Shown here: positions 61,455 to 64,000 of the stretch, in pieces
Position numbering within the stretch: position 1 is the first letter of the stretch
Layout of the letters: every line of letters starts with the position of its first letter
From: Scyliorhinus canicula
Taxonomy: Eukaryota
Direction: 5' to 3'
Assembly (NCBI RefSeq): GCF_902713615.1
Contig: NW_024056036.1
Location: 1 to 64,000, forward strand
Length of the DNA stretch: 64,000 nucleotides
Position numbers and translations under genes: made by a program
Notes under the pieces: generated by a model
Told to the model about the DNA's origin: nothing
The model's database searches: none
Seen by the model: the letters and a program-made list of their open reading frames with translations, nothing else

Positions 61455-64000
61455 AAATGAGTGAGCGGTTTGGTGCTGAGTGAGAGTTTGGGTGAGCTGA
61501 GGTTTATGAATGTGGCTGCGTGAGAAATGGGGGGTGAGTGAGGGAGGGCGGATGAGTGATGGAGAGTGAGTGTCAGTGAGTGAGCATGGGTGAGTGAGGA
61601 TGTTTGGGTGAGGCCTACTGAGTGAGTGAAGGTGGCTGAATGAAGGAGAGGCTAAGTGAGGGCTGGTAAATGAGGGTGGATGAGTGAGGGTGAACGAATA
61701 TGGTTGAGTGAATCAATTTGGGTGAGCGAATGAGTGTGGGTGAGTGAGGATGGGTGAGTTATGAAAAGTGAGCGAGAGTGGGTGAGTTAGATTGATTGAG
61801 TGAGGGAGTGATGAATTGTGTGGAGCGAGTGAATAAGTGAGTGTGAATGAGTGACGGTGGTTGCATGAAGGGATTGAGTGATTTTCATTAGTAAGGGTGG
61901 ATGAGTGAGCGTGAGTGATTGAAAATGGGTGAGTGGGGGTGAGTGGTCTGGTTGGCTGTGGGTGAGTGAATGAAGTTGGGTGAGTGAGTGAGTGTGAGTG
62001 GGGTGATGGAGTGTGGGTGAGCGAGTGTGAGTGATGTGAGTGAGGGTTGGTGAGTGAGGGCGAGTGGGTGTGAGTGAATGAAATTGCGTGAGTGAGTGAG
62101 AGTGGTTGAGAGTTGGTGAGTGAGGGTCAGTGAGTGTGAGTCGCGAGGGTGAGTGAGAGTGAGTGAGAGTTGGTGAGTGAGAGTGGGTGAGTGTGAGTGA
62201 GTGAGGGTGGGTTAGGGTTGGTGAGTGAGGGTGAGTGAGTGTGGGGCGGTTGAGTGTGGGCAAGTGAGTTTGAGTGAGGGTTGGTGAGTGTGGCTGAGTG
62301 AGTGTGAGTGAGTGAGAGTGGGTGAGGGTTGGTGAGTGAGTGTGAGTGAGGGTTGGTGAGTGTGGGTGAGTGAGTGTTAGTGAATGAGGGTGGGTGAGGG
62401 TTGGTGAGTGAGTGTGAGTGAGGATTGGTGAATGAGTGAGTGTGAGTGAGAGTTGGTGAGTGAGGGTGAGTGAATGTGAGTGAATGAGGGTGGGTGAGGG
62501 TTGGTAAGTGAGTGTGAGTGAGGGTTGGTGAATGAGTGAGTGTGAGTGAGAGTTGGTGAGTGAGGGTGAGTGAATGTGAGTGAGGGTTGGTGAGTGTGGG
62601 TGAGTGAGTGAGTGAATGAGGGTGGGTGAGGGTTGGTGAGTGAGTGTGAGTGAGGGTTGGTGAATGGGTGAGTGTGAGTGAGAGTTGGTGAGTGAGGGTG
62701 AGTGAATGTGAGTGAGGATTGGTGAGTGTGGGTGAGTGAGTGTGAGTGAATGAGGGTGGATGAGGTTTGGTGTGTGAGTGTGAGTGAGGGTGGGTGAGTG
62801 AGTGTGTGAGTGTGAGTGGGGAAGTTAAGTGTGGATGAGTGAGTGTGAGTGAATGAGGGTAGGTGAGGTTTGGTGTGTGAGCGTGAGTGAGGGTGGGTGA
62901 GTGAGTGTGAGTGAGTGTGAGTGGGGTAGTTGAGTGTGGGTGAGTGAGTGAGGGTTAGTGAGTGAGGGTGAGTGGGGGTGAGTGAGTGTGTGTGAGGGTT
63001 AGTGGGTGGGGGTGAGTGAATGAAGTTGGGTGAGTGAGTATGAGCGAGTGTGAGTAGTGTAGGTGAGTGAGCATGAGTGAGTGTGAGTGAGAGTTGGTGA
63101 GTGAGGGTGAGTGAGTGTCAGTGGGGTGTTTGAGTATGTGAATGAGTGTAGGTGGGTGAGTGTGTGTGAGTGAGTGTGAGTGAGAGTTGGTGAGTGAGGG
63201 TGAGTATGGTGCTTGAGTGTGAGTGAGTGAGGGTGGGTGAGGGTTGGTGAGTGAGTGAGTGTGAGTGAGAGTTGGTGAGTGAGGGTGAGTGAGTGTCAGT
63301 GTGGTGTTTGAGAATGTGAATGAGTGTGGGTGGGTGAGTGTGAGTGAGAGTTGGTGAGTGAGGGTGAGTATGGTGCTTGAGTGTGAGTGAGTGAGGGTGG
63401 GTGAGGGTTGTTGAGTGAGGGAGAGTGGGTGTGAGTGAATGAAGTTGGGTGAGTGAGTGAGATTGGTTGGGAGTTGGTGAGTGAGGGTCAGAGAGTGTGA
63501 GTGAGTGTGAGTAGTGTGGGTGAATGAGAGTGAGTGAGAGTTGGTGAGTGAGTGTGAGTGAGTGTGAATGGGGTGGTTGAGTGTGGGTGAGTGAGGGTGA
63601 GTGAGTGGGGGTGAGTCAATTAAGTTGGGTGAGTGAGTATGAGTGAGTGTGAGTAGTGTAGGTGAGTGAGCATGAGTGAGTGTGAGTGAGAGTTGGTGAG
63701 TGAGGGTGAGTGAGTGTCAGTGGGGTGTTTGAGTGAGTGAGTGAGTGTGGGTGGGTGAGTGTGAGTGCGTGAGTGTGAGTGAGAGTTGGTGAGTGAGGGT
63801 GAGTATAGTGCTTGAGTGTGAGTGAGTGATGGTGGGTGAGGGTTGATGAGTGAGTGTGAGTGAGGGTGAGTGAGGGTGAGTGTGAGTAGTGTGGGTGAGT
63901 GTGAGAGTTGGTGAGTGAGTGTGAGTGCGTGTGAGTGAGGCTGGGTGAGTGAGGTTGAGTGGGGTGGTTGAGTGTGTGTGGGTGAGTGAGGGTGGGTGAA
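61455..64000. repeat. GTGA/TGAG-based satellite, extends past the window end
   Basis: More than 2.5 kb of GTGAGTGAGGGTTG-type units with very few C on the plus strand. Confidence 0.95.

Noticed and set aside
59533-64000. JH, D or V segments and recombination signal sequences
   Set aside because: No WGxG JH motif with a donor, and no heptamer-spacer-nonamer pair was found. CACAGTG hits elsewhere are SINE heads.

Overview
Eukaryotic DNA from a cartilaginous fish. The evidence is HE1/V-SINEs, their CR1-type partner LINEs and a shark-type IgM; a catshark-like species is only an inference. Positions 1-50700 are a repeat-dense cluster of tandem C2H2 zinc-finger genes on the minus strand. It has three long intact arrays (15, 13 and 17 fingers), several pseudogene relics and duplicated CpG promoter modules. 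Two of the genes lie in paralogous blocks (~3.1-6.2 kb and ~41.7-45.8 kb). Positions 51000-59550 hold an IgM heavy-chain constant region on the minus strand: CH1, CH2, CH3, CH4 plus secretory tail, TM1 and TM2. No JH, D or V segment is visible in the window. Main observations: (1) all exons look intact except CH2, which lacks a usable splice acceptor and its N-terminal strand and has an in-frame TGA, so a three-domain CH1-CH3-CH4 chain is possible. (2) The intron upstream of CH1 carries an AGCT-rich repeat that is purine-rich on the sense strand and reads GAGCTGGG, resembling a switch region. (3) Two Penelope-like retroelement families carry minimal hammerhead-ribozyme motifs, one with a compensatory U3-A8 core, and they leave fold-back insertions. 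All coordinates and counts were read by eye; repeat boundaries are approximate.
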